Part shown: positions 9,638 through 17,227 of the stretch, one piece after another
Layout: each line of letters starts with the position of its first letter
Position numbering within the stretch: position 1 is the stretch's first letter
Assembly: GCA_902771745.1 (NCBI GenBank)
Contig: CACXYG010000004.1
Location: 1-34,362, forward strand
Direction of reading: 5' to 3'
DNA length: 34,362 bases
DNA from: an uncultured Erysipelotrichaceae bacterium
Lineage (GTDB): Bacteria; Bacillota_I; Bacilli_A; RFN20; CAG-288
Program-made: the position numbers and the translations under genes
The notes under the pieces: generated by a model
What the model was told of the DNA's origin: nothing
Seen by the model: only the letters and a program-made list of their open reading frames with translations
Database searches by the model: none

Positions 9638-9751
9638 GAAATTACCCCTTATAGATTATAGTGAAAACTTGCTCTTTTTCATAGATAAAGCGAACATTTT
9701 TTCCTTGTTCATATTGTTTTTTTGCCTTCGTTTTCATACAATATTATGCAT

Positions 9752-9827
9752 GCCGTTATAGCTTAGTCGGTAGAGCATTCGATTCGTAATCGAAAGGTCG
9801 GCGGTCCGATTCCGCCTAACGGCACCA
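9752..9827 (+). tRNA. tRNA-Thr (anticodon CGU), 76 nt with encoded CCA
   Basis: Hand-folded cloverleaf: acceptor GCCGTTA/TAACGGC, D-arm GCTT-AGTCGGTA-GAGC, anticodon arm TTCGA-TTCGTAA-TCGAA (anticodon CGT), variable loop AGGTC, T-arm GGCGG-TCCGATT-CCGCC, discriminator A, then CCA. Confidence 0.85.
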
Positions 9828-9956
9828 TCTGAATGAAATTGTTCCAACCATCGTGATATGCTCCTTCTAAAGTAGACAGTGCAATAACTAAAAGGATGGA
9901 CACCCATGGGTGTCCGCCCGGAAAAATTGCCGTCCGCTCTGGAAGGAGTTTTTCTC

Positions 9957-10670
9957 ATGGGAAGAAAACCAAAGTATTCAGTCGAGGAAAAAATCAAGGC
10001 GGTTGAAGATGTCTTGATCCGGAAGAAGTCTAAAAATTCCGTGGTGAAAGGCCTGGGAACGGGCCTAGGTTTGGATAAACTCAATTACTGGATTGCACAA
10101 TACAAGGCCTATGGACCCGATGGACTAAGGACGCGTCAGAGAAACAACCAGTATACCGAGGAAGATAGAACGACGGTCTTCGAATATATCAAGGCAGGAA
10201 AATCCGAAAATGAAGTCAGCAGAATGCTCCTGATACCGGGTACGGTTATACATAACTGGGTCAGATGCTATAATGATCTCACAAAGGTGGGATCCGATAT
10301 GGCAGGAAAAGGCGGAAAGGGAGTGCCGAAGCAGTATCATGACTTTGGCACGATGCTGAAGGCGACGGAGGAATGCATCAAGTCAGGGCATGACTACAAG
10401 TCCGTCTGCGCGAAATACTCCATCAAGTACTCTGCCCTTTACTCATGGGTCAGGAAATACGAGGCCGAAGGCGAATCCGGACTCGTGAGGAAGCCCCGTG
10501 GACGCAAGGCCGCGACAGATTCGGAGCTCACCGAGAACGAGAGGCTGAAGGCCCAGCTTGCAACGAAGGACCAGGAAATACGTGAACTCAGAGAGTCACT
10601 CGAGATTCTTAAAAAAAAAGAACGGATTTCCTTTCTTTTGGCTACAGGACAGATAAAGTCAGACAGCTAG
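9957..10670 (+). CDS. IS3-family transposase OrfA (HTH DNA-binding domains plus a leucine-zipper-like C-terminus)
   Basis: The ATG at 9957 (MGRKPKYSVEEKIKAV) follows GGAAGGAG. A second HTH-like segment reads YSALYSWVRKYEAEGESGL. The coiled-coil LKAQLATKDQEIRELRESLEILKKK ends at the slippery run. Confidence 0.8.
   Translation: MGRKPKYSVEEKIKAVEDVLIRKKSKNSVVKGLGTGLGLDKLNYWIAQYKAYGPDGLRTRQRNNQYTEEDRTTVFEYIKAGKSENEVSRMLLIPGTVIHNWVRCYNDLTKVGSDMAGKGGKGVPKQYHDFGTMLKATEECIKSGHDYKSVCAKYSIKYSALYSWVRKYEAEGESGLVRKPRGRKAATDSELTENERLKAQLATKDQEIRELRESLEILKKKERISFLLATGQIKSDS
10611..10620 (+). promoter_or_regulatory. Programmed -1 ribosomal frameshift site (A9G slippery run) joining OrfA to OrfB
   Basis: AAAAAAAAAG is read AAA AAA AAA G in the orfA frame (codons at positions 0 mod 3). 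The orfB frame (2 mod 3) is open from 10613, directly after a TAA at 10610-10612. The A AAA AAG class motif is typical of IS3 elements. Confidence 0.6.
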
Positions 10671-11545
10671 CACAGTATCTGACAATCCGGGAACTGTCGG
10701 CAAAATACAGCGTTTTCAGGCTCTGCAGCGAGCTCTGTGTTTCGCGTAGCTCGTATTACAAGTGGCTAAGAAGGAAGCCAAGCAAAGCGGAGATGAGGAA
10801 CAGGGAATTGGATGAGAAGATCGTCTTCCTCTTCGACAGGTACGACGAGGTCTACGGATACCGGAGGATAGCAGACGAACTGATGTCCGAGTTCGGAATC
10901 AGGGCATCCAGGAAGTATGTGCTGCACAGGATGAGGACACTCGGGATACGCTCCAGGATACGAAAGAAGAAGTATCCCTACAAGCCATGCCAGAAGACGG
11001 AAGTATACGAGAACATCCTTGCCAGAAGGTTCAAGGCGGATTACAGGAACCAGGTGTGGGAGACGGACGTGACGGAGTTCCATCTGCCGGACGGATCGAA
11101 GCTCTACCTGAGTGCCATCATGGACAGGTACGACCACTCCATCGTCAGCTTCAACATATCCAGACACAACGACCAGCAGCTCACAATCGAGAATCTGAGG
11201 AATGCAATATACCTGAACAGAGGCTCGCATCCGCTGCTCCATTCGGACAGGGGAGCAACCTATACCACGGTTGCCTACAACGACGTTCTGAGGGAGAACG
11301 GAATGACCCATTCGATGTCCAGGGTCGGAAAGTGCATCGACAACGGACCGATGGAAGGCTTCTGGGGCACACTGAAGTCGGAGGCATACTACGGGAAGAG
11401 AATCAAGACATACGCCGAGATGAAGACGGTGATTGAGACGTACATCTACTTCTACAACATGAAAAGAAGGCAGGAATCACTGTACCATCTCACTCCCTAT
11501 GAATATAGGTTGTCTGGTACAGTTCTCCTGCCTTCTTGTTTTTAG
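10613..11545 (+). CDS. IS3-family transposase OrfB (DDE/rve integrase domain), expressed as an OrfAB fusion by -1 frameshifting
   Basis: The frame is open from 10613 (KKRTDFLSFGYRTDKVRQLAQYL...SSYYKWLRRKP); the first ATG is at 10793. DDE candidates are WETDVTEF, HSDRGATYT and MEGFWGTLKSE. Confidence 0.8.
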   Translation, partial: KKRTDFLSFGYRTDKVRQLAQYLTIRELSAKYSVFRLCSELCVSRSSYYKWLRRKPSKAEMRNRELDEKIVFLFDRYDEVYGYRRIADELMSEFGIRASRKYVLHRMRTLGIRSRIRKKKYPYKPCQKTEVYENILARRFKADYRNQVWETDVTEFHLPDGSKLYLSAIMDRYDHSIVSFNISRHNDQQLTIENLRNAIYLNRGSHPLLHSDRGATYTTVAYNDVLRENGMTHSMSRVGKCIDNGPMEGFWGTLKSEAYYGKRIKTYAEMKTVIETYIYFYNMKRRQESLYHLTPYEYRLSGTVLLPSCF

Positions 11546-11558
11546 TTAATTCGAATTT

Positions 11559-12209
11559 CTACTGTCTACTTGACAAACACCAGTTCACTTCTGCTAACGC
11601 AGGAAGTTCATCTAAGGAGTTGATCTTATAAGGATCTGGTTCGATTTGACCAAAGCCATAAGCAGCATGGATGAATTTTGCTTTGGCTCTTTCGGTTTCA
11701 ACCTTATCCTTGTTGGTATCACCAACATAGATGATATCATCGATCTGTTCCTTGTCTCTTAAGTAGACGATGTTCTGCCATTTCGCATAACCGGTATCAC
11801 CAGCACAGAGATGGCCTTTGAAATATTCGTGCATATCGCAAGAATCTAAATAATTCTCGATATATCCGACATCAGCGTTGGAAACAACATAAAGATCGTA
11901 TTTCTCTTTCAACTGAGAAAGAACTTCTCTTTCATGAGGGTAGAGTTTCCCAGGATGTTTGGCTAGATAGGTGATTTCTTCTCTGACAATCAAACGAAAG
12001 AGATCAACACCTTCTTTTAAAGACAGTTCAGGAAAGAAGAGAACACCGGTTTCTTCAGGAGTCAAACCCATACAGGATTTTACCTTGGCATAGTCAAACG
12101 TATAGTCATAACCATGTCTTTTCATCGTCTCATTATAGGAATCCACAAGGGGATCAATGGCATCCCATAAGGTGCCATCCAAATCAAAAAATATGCTTTT
12201 TTTCATCAT
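11559..12209 (-). CDS. HAD-superfamily phosphatase (subfamily IA-like)
   Basis: Motif I is FFDLDGTLWD, motif II is YVVSNA, and motif III/IV is K...YVGDTNKD. Its stop codon (11559-11561) and last few codons lie inside the IS right inverted repeat. Confidence 0.8.
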   Translation of the reverse strand: MMKKSIFFDLDGTLWDAIDPLVDSYNETMKRHGYDYTFDYAKVKSCMGLTPEETGVLFFPELSLKEGVDLFRLIVREEITYLAKHPGKLYPHEREVLSQLKEKYDLYVVSNADVGYIENYLDSCDMHEYFKGHLCAGDTGYAKWQNIVYLRDKEQIDDIIYVGDTNKDKVETERAKAKFIHAAYGFGQIEPDPYKINSLDELPALAEVNWCLSSRQ

Positions 12210-12334
12210 GACATCATTCTAGTACAAGTGAGGAATAATCACAAGATTATCCACGATGGTGACATGTTTATCTACTGCAATAAGACGTCTCATCTTGTAT
12301 AATAGATAGGTCGTGTTTCAAGGAGGAAACAATC

Positions 12335-14107
12335 ATGAATATGAAATGGGATCTTACCCGCATCTATAAAGATGAAGAAGCATTCTTAAAAGACTTAGAT
12401 GACGCCAAAAATAGAATCATTCCTGCTCTTGCCAGTTTGGAAGGTAAACTCGGCACAGAAGAAGGATTCAAGCAGTATTTAGATTTACAAAGAGAAGCTG
12501 ATATTCAGATCTCTAAATTAGCGATGTTCTCTCATATGAGAAGTGATTTGGATAAAAGAGATGTCGCTAACGCTTCTGATGATGCTAAGATTCATCTCTT
12601 ATTCAATGAATATGCTTCCGCTGTCTCTTATGCGGATCCAGAAGTTCTTAAGTTAGGTAAAGAATATGTCGATGAATTCTTTAAGAAGAATCCAGACTAT
12701 AAAGATTTTGATTTCGAATATGACAAGTTATTCCGTGGTCAGAAGTTCGTCTTACCAGCTGATCAGGAAAAGTTAACTTCCTATTTTGGCCCATTACAGA
12801 GCGCTGGTGCCAGCTTATATTCTCAGCTCAGTGTCGGTGATTATGCACCAAAGAAAGTCACCTTGAAGGATGGCAGTGAAGTTGAAGTCAACCAGGCTAA
12901 TTGGACGACGCTTGTCACCAATGCCAAGTGTGAAGAAGATAAGCAGACCATCTTTGAATCTTTATATTCCTGGTATGACGAACATAAGAACGTCTATGGT
13001 GAAATCTATAATGCCACTGTCCAGTCTCAGATTGCTGAGATGAAAGCCAGAGGCTATTCCTCTATCTTAGAAGAACACTTATATAGAAACAACATTCCAG
13101 AAGCTGTTTTCCATAATTTGATTGAAGTTGCTTCTACTCATGCTGCTCCACTTCACAAATATTTAGAAATCAGAAGAAAATATCTTGGCTTAGAAAAATA
13201 TAGAACCTATGATCGTTTTACTCAATTAGTTAAGTCTGATAAGACCTACACCTATGAAGAAGCTAGAGAACTCTTCTTCAAGTCTATTGAAAAATTCCCA
13301 GAAGACTTCCAGAACAAGGCGCATGATGTTTCTTCCGAAGGCTATGTTGATGTCTATCATCAGCCAGGTAAGAGAACCGGCGCTTATTCTTCCGGTGGTG
13401 AAAATATTCATCCATACATCTTATTGAACTTCAATGGTGAATTAGATGATGTCTTCACCCTTGCTCATGAATCTGGTCACTCTGTCCATACGCTCTACTC
13501 TATGGAAGCTCAGCCAGTCATGAAGCAGAACTACACCATCTTTGTTGCGGAAATCGCCTCTACCTTCAATGAACACAACTTATTAGATTACCTCATGGAA
13601 TCTGGTACCTTATCCAAGAATGATAAGATCGCTTTATTACAGAAGTCTATCGATGAAATCATGTCCACCTTCTATCGTCAGACGCTCTTTGGCCATTATG
13701 AATATGAAATCGCTAAGATGGCTGAAGAAGGTAAACCACTCAACTATCAGGTCTTCTGTGACAAGATGATTGAACTTTATAAGACCTACTATGGCATTGA
13801 TATCTCTGAAGAAAAGGTCAAACCATTTGTCTGGGCTTATATCCCACATCTCTTCTATACGCCATTCTATGTCTATCAGTATGCGACCTCTTTCACCGCT
13901 TCTATGTTGATCTATGAAAACGTCAAGAAGGGTAAAGAACACGCCTTTGAAAACTACATCGAGATGTTGAAGACTGGTGGTTCCACTTATCCGATCGATG
14001 AAGTTAAGATCGCTGGTGTTGACCTTACTAAGAAGGAAGCTTTCTTGGCTGTTACCGACAGAATGGAACAGTTGGTCAACGAACTTGAGAAACTCTTGAA
14101 CGAGTAG
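12335..14107 (+). CDS. pepF: Oligoendopeptidase F (M3B metallopeptidase)
   Basis: The protein is 590 aa, with the zinc motif LAHESGHSVH (HExxH) and a downstream E in VAEIASTFNE. Length and N-terminus are typical of PepF. The RBS AAGGAGGA lies at 12320-12327. Confidence 0.9.
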   Translation: MNMKWDLTRIYKDEEAFLKDLDDAKNRIIPALASLEGKLGTEEGFKQYLDLQREADIQISKLAMFSHMRSDLDKRDVANASDDAKIHLLFNEYASAVSYADPEVLKLGKEYVDEFFKKNPDYKDFDFEYDKLFRGQKFVLPADQEKLTSYFGPLQSAGASLYSQLSVGDYAPKKVTLKDGSEVEVNQANWTTLVTNAKCEEDKQTIFESLYSWYDEHKNVYGEIYNATVQSQIAEMKARGYSSILEEHLYRNNIPEAVFHNLIEVASTHAAPLHKYLEIRRKYLGLEKYRTYDRFTQLVKSDKTYTYEEARELFFKSIEKFPEDFQNKAHDVSSEGYVDVYHQPGKRTGAYSSGGENIHPYILLNFNGELDDVFTLAHESGHSVHTLYSMEAQPVMKQNYTIFVAEIASTFNEHNLLDYLMESGTLSKNDKIALLQKSIDEIMSTFYRQTLFGHYEYEIAKMAEEGKPLNYQVFCDKMIELYKTYYGIDISEEKVKPFVWAYIPHLFYTPFYVYQYATSFTASMLIYENVKKGKEHAFENYIEMLKTGGSTYPIDEVKIAGVDLTKKEAFLAVTDRMEQLVNELEKLLNE

Positions 14108-14126
14108 TCAGTTTCAATAAAACTTT

Positions 14127-14156
14127 GGTGTAGGATTACAGCCTGCACCTTTTTGT
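14127..14156 (+). terminator. Rho-independent terminator of pepF
   Basis: GGTGTAGG (14127-14134) pairs with CCTGCACC (14142-14149) with one G-U pair and a 7-nt loop, then TTTTTG. Confidence 0.6.
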
Positions 14157-14246
14157 TTCTTTAAAAGAGCCGAATTTATCGACATTTTCAAAAATTAAAA
14201 AAATGAATCCTTTTTTGAGAAAGATTGAAATTTTATTGTTATTTTA

Positions 14247-14275
14247 TTGAAGAAATTCAATAAAATATATATAAT
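14247..14275 (+). promoter_or_regulatory. Candidate sigma-A promoter of the lipoprotein operon
   Basis: A TTGAAG -35 (14247-14252), a 17-nt spacer and a TATAAT -10 (14270-14275). An 8-bp-arm inverted repeat TTATTGAA-gaaa-TTCAATAA (14244-14263) overlaps the -35. Confidence 0.45.
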
Positions 14276-14308
14276 TACACATGTCTTTTTTCTTGAAGGG
14301 GTTTTGTT

Positions 14309-15787
14309 ATGAAAAAAATATCATTGCTTGTTCTTACTGCAGGTTTATTCTTGGTCGGTTGTGGCCAGACTACCATCTCTGTAGTTTCTTCTACTTCTTC
14401 TACCACCGTTTCCAGTGTCGAGGAATCTTCTGTCTCTAGTTCTCAAGAGTCTTCTTCTGAAGCTGTTTCTAGTTCTAGTGAATCTTCGACTTCTTCTTCA
14501 GAAGCCAAGACTGCTCCTAGTGCGATTACTTTGACTGCGGATAAGACCGTCTTAGGCTTAAGTGATTCTGCTATCATTACCCTTAGTGTTACTGGTGGTA
14601 ATGAAACCATCACTCCTGAAGTCGCTTATGATTCTCCAGTGGCTGGTACCTTAGTCAAGAATGTTGATGGCACCTATACAGCCATGAGAAGTGCAGATAC
14701 TACTTATGGTGGTAACATGGTCATCATTGCTCAGTCGGAAGTAGATTCTACTATCCAGGGCAAAGTTGAATTGAAGTTTACCGCTTCTTTATCTGAAGAA
14801 CATGCTAGTGTTTTAAGCAAGACTTATGATCAGACTTTAGGTGGTGTTGATTTTGCTGGTGAAGAGGTCAAGGCTACTGATACTTCTTCCTTAAGCATCA
14901 ATAAGGCTAGTGATGGTAATTATTACAATCTCACCTTAGGTTTAGGTGATAAGACTTATAACTATTTCACCGTTTATGATTTCAACAGAAACGAAGTTCA
15001 GTTCGCTTCTGAAAAAATCTACACCGGTGACTATAAGAGCTATAACAATCTCAACCTCAAGATTTTCGAAAATTATGTCGAAGTTTATTCCGCTTCTTTA
15101 AAACTCAGCTTTGCTACCACTGAAAAAGAAGAAGAAAAAACGGTTGCTTTTGATGTCTCTAAGGTCAGTTTTAAAACCGGTGGTGCTGAATTAGATGAGA
15201 CCAAAGAATACGCTAAGGATGTCGGTGACAGTGTCATGATTGCTGTCAATACCGACACTACCGAAGAAGTCACTTATAGTTTTGAAGTTATTGAAGGTGC
15301 TGATTATGTCACCAAGGGTGAATCTGTTATCGCTACCGCTTGTAAGTACACCATCAACGCCAATGGTGTTGGTCAGACTATCAAGATCAAAGCCAGCGTC
15401 ACCAATGGTACACTCACCGCTTCTAAAACGATGACCATCAAGGTCAATGGCACTGTTGTTCCAACCTTCTGTGCTGATTTGATCGGTACTTGGAATTATG
15501 AAGATATTTATGAGTACACCTACAAACTCATCGTCACTTCCGCTAGTGATATCAAGATTGAAGAATATACAGATGATGACGATTCTTCTTTGGTTGCCGT
15601 GACCTTTACCGCTTCTAATATTACTCCATTATCTTCTACTTCTGTCAGTTTCAAAATCACTTCTTCTACTGGCGAAGATGGTGAATTATTCGTAAATGAT
15701 GAAACTGTCACCATCAGTTATGACAGCAAATATCAATCCGTCTATGTCAGTAGTGAAAATCTTGATGATGAAGAATTCACTGCTTAA
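14309..15787 (+). CDS. Surface lipoprotein with a Ser-rich linker and Ig-like (Big_2-type) domains (492 aa)
   Basis: The signal peptide has a lipobox (LFLVGC). A Ser/Thr/Glu-rich linker of about 50 aa follows. ITLTADKTVLGLSDSAIITLSVTGG...GKVELKFTA and a second, similar segment resemble bacterial Ig-like group 2 domains; this is judged by eye only. Confidence 0.75.
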   Translation: MKKISLLVLTAGLFLVGCGQTTISVVSSTSSTTVSSVEESSVSSSQESSSEAVSSSSESSTSSSEAKTAPSAITLTADKTVLGLSDSAIITLSVTGGNETITPEVAYDSPVAGTLVKNVDGTYTAMRSADTTYGGNMVIIAQSEVDSTIQGKVELKFTASLSEEHASVLSKTYDQTLGGVDFAGEEVKATDTSSLSINKASDGNYYNLTLGLGDKTYNYFTVYDFNRNEVQFASEKIYTGDYKSYNNLNLKIFENYVEVYSASLKLSFATTEKEEEKTVAFDVSKVSFKTGGAELDETKEYAKDVGDSVMIAVNTDTTEEVTYSFEVIEGADYVTKGESVIATACKYTINANGVGQTIKIKASVTNGTLTASKTMTIKVNGTVVPTFCADLIGTWNYEDIYEYTYKLIVTSASDIKIEEYTDDDDSSLVAVTFTASNITPLSSTSVSFKITSSTGEDGELFVNDETVTISYDSKYQSVYVSSENLDDEEFTA

Positions 15788-15811
15788 ATAATTTGAAAAG
15801 GAGGCATCCCA

Positions 15812-17158
15812 ATGCTAAAAAAATTCAAACTCTTATTCGTCTTGACTCCTATGATGTTAGCTTCCTGTGGAGGAAGTCAGACTTCTTCTAATCAGGCTAG
15901 CAATACTAGTATTCCGACAATTTCTGTCAATTCCAGCAGCAATGCTGTGGTTGATAGTTCTAGCGAAGAATCTTCTTTAAAAGAATCCTCTTCTGTTGTA
16001 GTGGATCCATTAGCTGATAAAGAAGGTTTAGATTTACTCTATGCCATCTTTGAAACCTACAAGAGCAGAAATTCTACGATTGAACAAACCGGCGTGGTTA
16101 CCGAGTATTTTTTAGGCGATGCCTACTATAAAGAATACGCACCAGAATATTTAGAACTCTATGGTGCTTATGTGGAAAATCACGGCTTTATCGTCAATCC
16201 AATCCAGGGTATCTATGAGTTTGTAGAAGACTTTGCTATGGTTAAAGTCACATCTTTACAATCTACTCAAACCAATCAGGATTGGATGTATGATAACATG
16301 CTCAATTCTCCTGAAGATCTCTTCTACTTTGCCAAAGGAGAAGGTATGTGGCAGACTTATGATCCAGAAAATCCACCAGTCTTTGAAGAGACAAACAATG
16401 CCAAAGCTATGAGTGATTCTTCTTCCAGTGAAGATATGCCAGCCATGAGCAGTGAAAAAGAAGATGATTTAGCTGCTAAGGCTGTCTTCTATTCTACGGA
16501 TGCCAATGTCAAATTATTATGTGGTATCTTAGGTCAGTTATCTTTTAAGGAAGACGAAGATCATAACTATGACACTTCCACTCTTGATATGATCAAGGTG
16601 AGAATTAATCAGGATAACTCTTTAACCTTCCTTCCTACTTATCAGGGTTTCCATCCAGCCATCTATGATATCAAGAATGTCGATTCTACTGAATTGACCT
16701 TCATCAGTGATTTCTTTGATGCCAGTGATGAAGAATATCAGAAACAGCCATATGGTAAAGAAACCAAAGAAGGTTGGTCTGCTGAAGAAAAGAGATATTT
16801 CAAAGTCAATTATGGTTACGAACTCCCATTCCCAGAAGGTGGCAGTTATGCCATGAAGACCTATTCTTCTTCTACTTTTGCTGCTTTCACCGATGATGGT
16901 TGTGGCGATTTAACCGAGTCTTATACCAAGCAGTTGAGGGATGCAGGTTGGACGCTTCTTGTTGAAGAAGAGGGAAAAGAAACGGAAACAGCAACTACCT
17001 ACTACATTACAACCACAGCGGATGATCCAGAAACCGCTAAGGATGAAACCAAACAGGTCAGAGTCACCTTCAGTTATTCTGCTCCTGAAAGTGAAGACGT
17101 TCGTTGGAATAAGGGTACCTTCTCTGCTAACATTCATAAATACCCTTATATGATGTAA
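15812..17158 (+). CDS. Lipoprotein of unknown function (448 aa)
   Basis: Lipobox MMLASC, a Ser-rich linker, and the RBS AAAGGAGG 24 nt after the preceding stop (same operon). I recognise no family. Confidence 0.75.
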   Translation: MLKKFKLLFVLTPMMLASCGGSQTSSNQASNTSIPTISVNSSSNAVVDSSSEESSLKESSSVVVDPLADKEGLDLLYAIFETYKSRNSTIEQTGVVTEYFLGDAYYKEYAPEYLELYGAYVENHGFIVNPIQGIYEFVEDFAMVKVTSLQSTQTNQDWMYDNMLNSPEDLFYFAKGEGMWQTYDPENPPVFEETNNAKAMSDSSSSEDMPAMSSEKEDDLAAKAVFYSTDANVKLLCGILGQLSFKEDEDHNYDTSTLDMIKVRINQDNSLTFLPTYQGFHPAIYDIKNVDSTELTFISDFFDASDEEYQKQPYGKETKEGWSAEEKRYFKVNYGYELPFPEGGSYAMKTYSSSTFAAFTDDGCGDLTESYTKQLRDAGWTLLVEEEGKETETATTYYITTTADDPETAKDETKQVRVTFSYSAPESEDVRWNKGTFSANIHKYPYMM

Positions 17159-17176
17159 TTTAACTTATCAAACTAT

Positions 17177-17216
17177 AAAAAAAGAGGATGCCCGTATATT
17201 CAGGCATCCTCTTTTT
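17177..17216. terminator. Bidirectional rho-independent terminator between convergent lipoprotein operons
   Basis: GAGGATGCC (17184-17192) pairs with GGCATCCTC (17203-17211) with a 10-nt loop. There is an A7 run upstream and a T5 run downstream. Confidence 0.7.
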
Positions 17217-17227
17217 GATTAGCTTGA

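Larger units (their letters stand above)
9865..11576 (+). mobile_element. IS3-family insertion sequence (about 1.7 kb), GC-rich relative to the host
   Basis: A perfect 11-bp inverted repeat AAGTAGACAGT lies at 9870-9880 and 11561-11571; it extends to about 16 bp with 2 mismatches. Two overlapping transposase ORFs sit in 0/-1 frames with an A9G slippery run. G+C is about 55-58% against about 40% in the flanks. Exact termini and target duplication are not resolved. Confidence 0.8.

Noticed and set aside
9656-9712. An 18-codon sORF (MNKEKMFALSMKKSKFSL) on the minus strand, in the spacer upstream of the 9248-9637 gene
   Set aside because: There is no convincing RBS, it lies in an AT-rich promoter region, and it is too short to support without conservation data.
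10655-10685. The hairpin GTCAGA...TCTGAC as a frameshift-stimulating structure for the IS
   Set aside because: It lies about 40 nt downstream of the slippery run, too far for a canonical stimulator, and the stem is only 6 bp.
10766-11436. ORFs at 10766-11311 (-) and 10987-11436 (+) inside the IS
   Set aside because: They overlap the DDE transposase frame in GC-rich DNA. They are composition artefacts with Arg/Pro-rich nonsense products.
14380-14520. TCT/AGT-rich repetitive DNA in the lipoprotein linkers (and the equivalent stretches in the other four genes), considered as possible tandem repeat, contingency locus or CRISPR-like array
   Set aside because: It is a codon-level Ser/Thr low-complexity tract without a fixed repeat unit, spacers or a homopolymer tract. 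It is in frame within clear CDSs.
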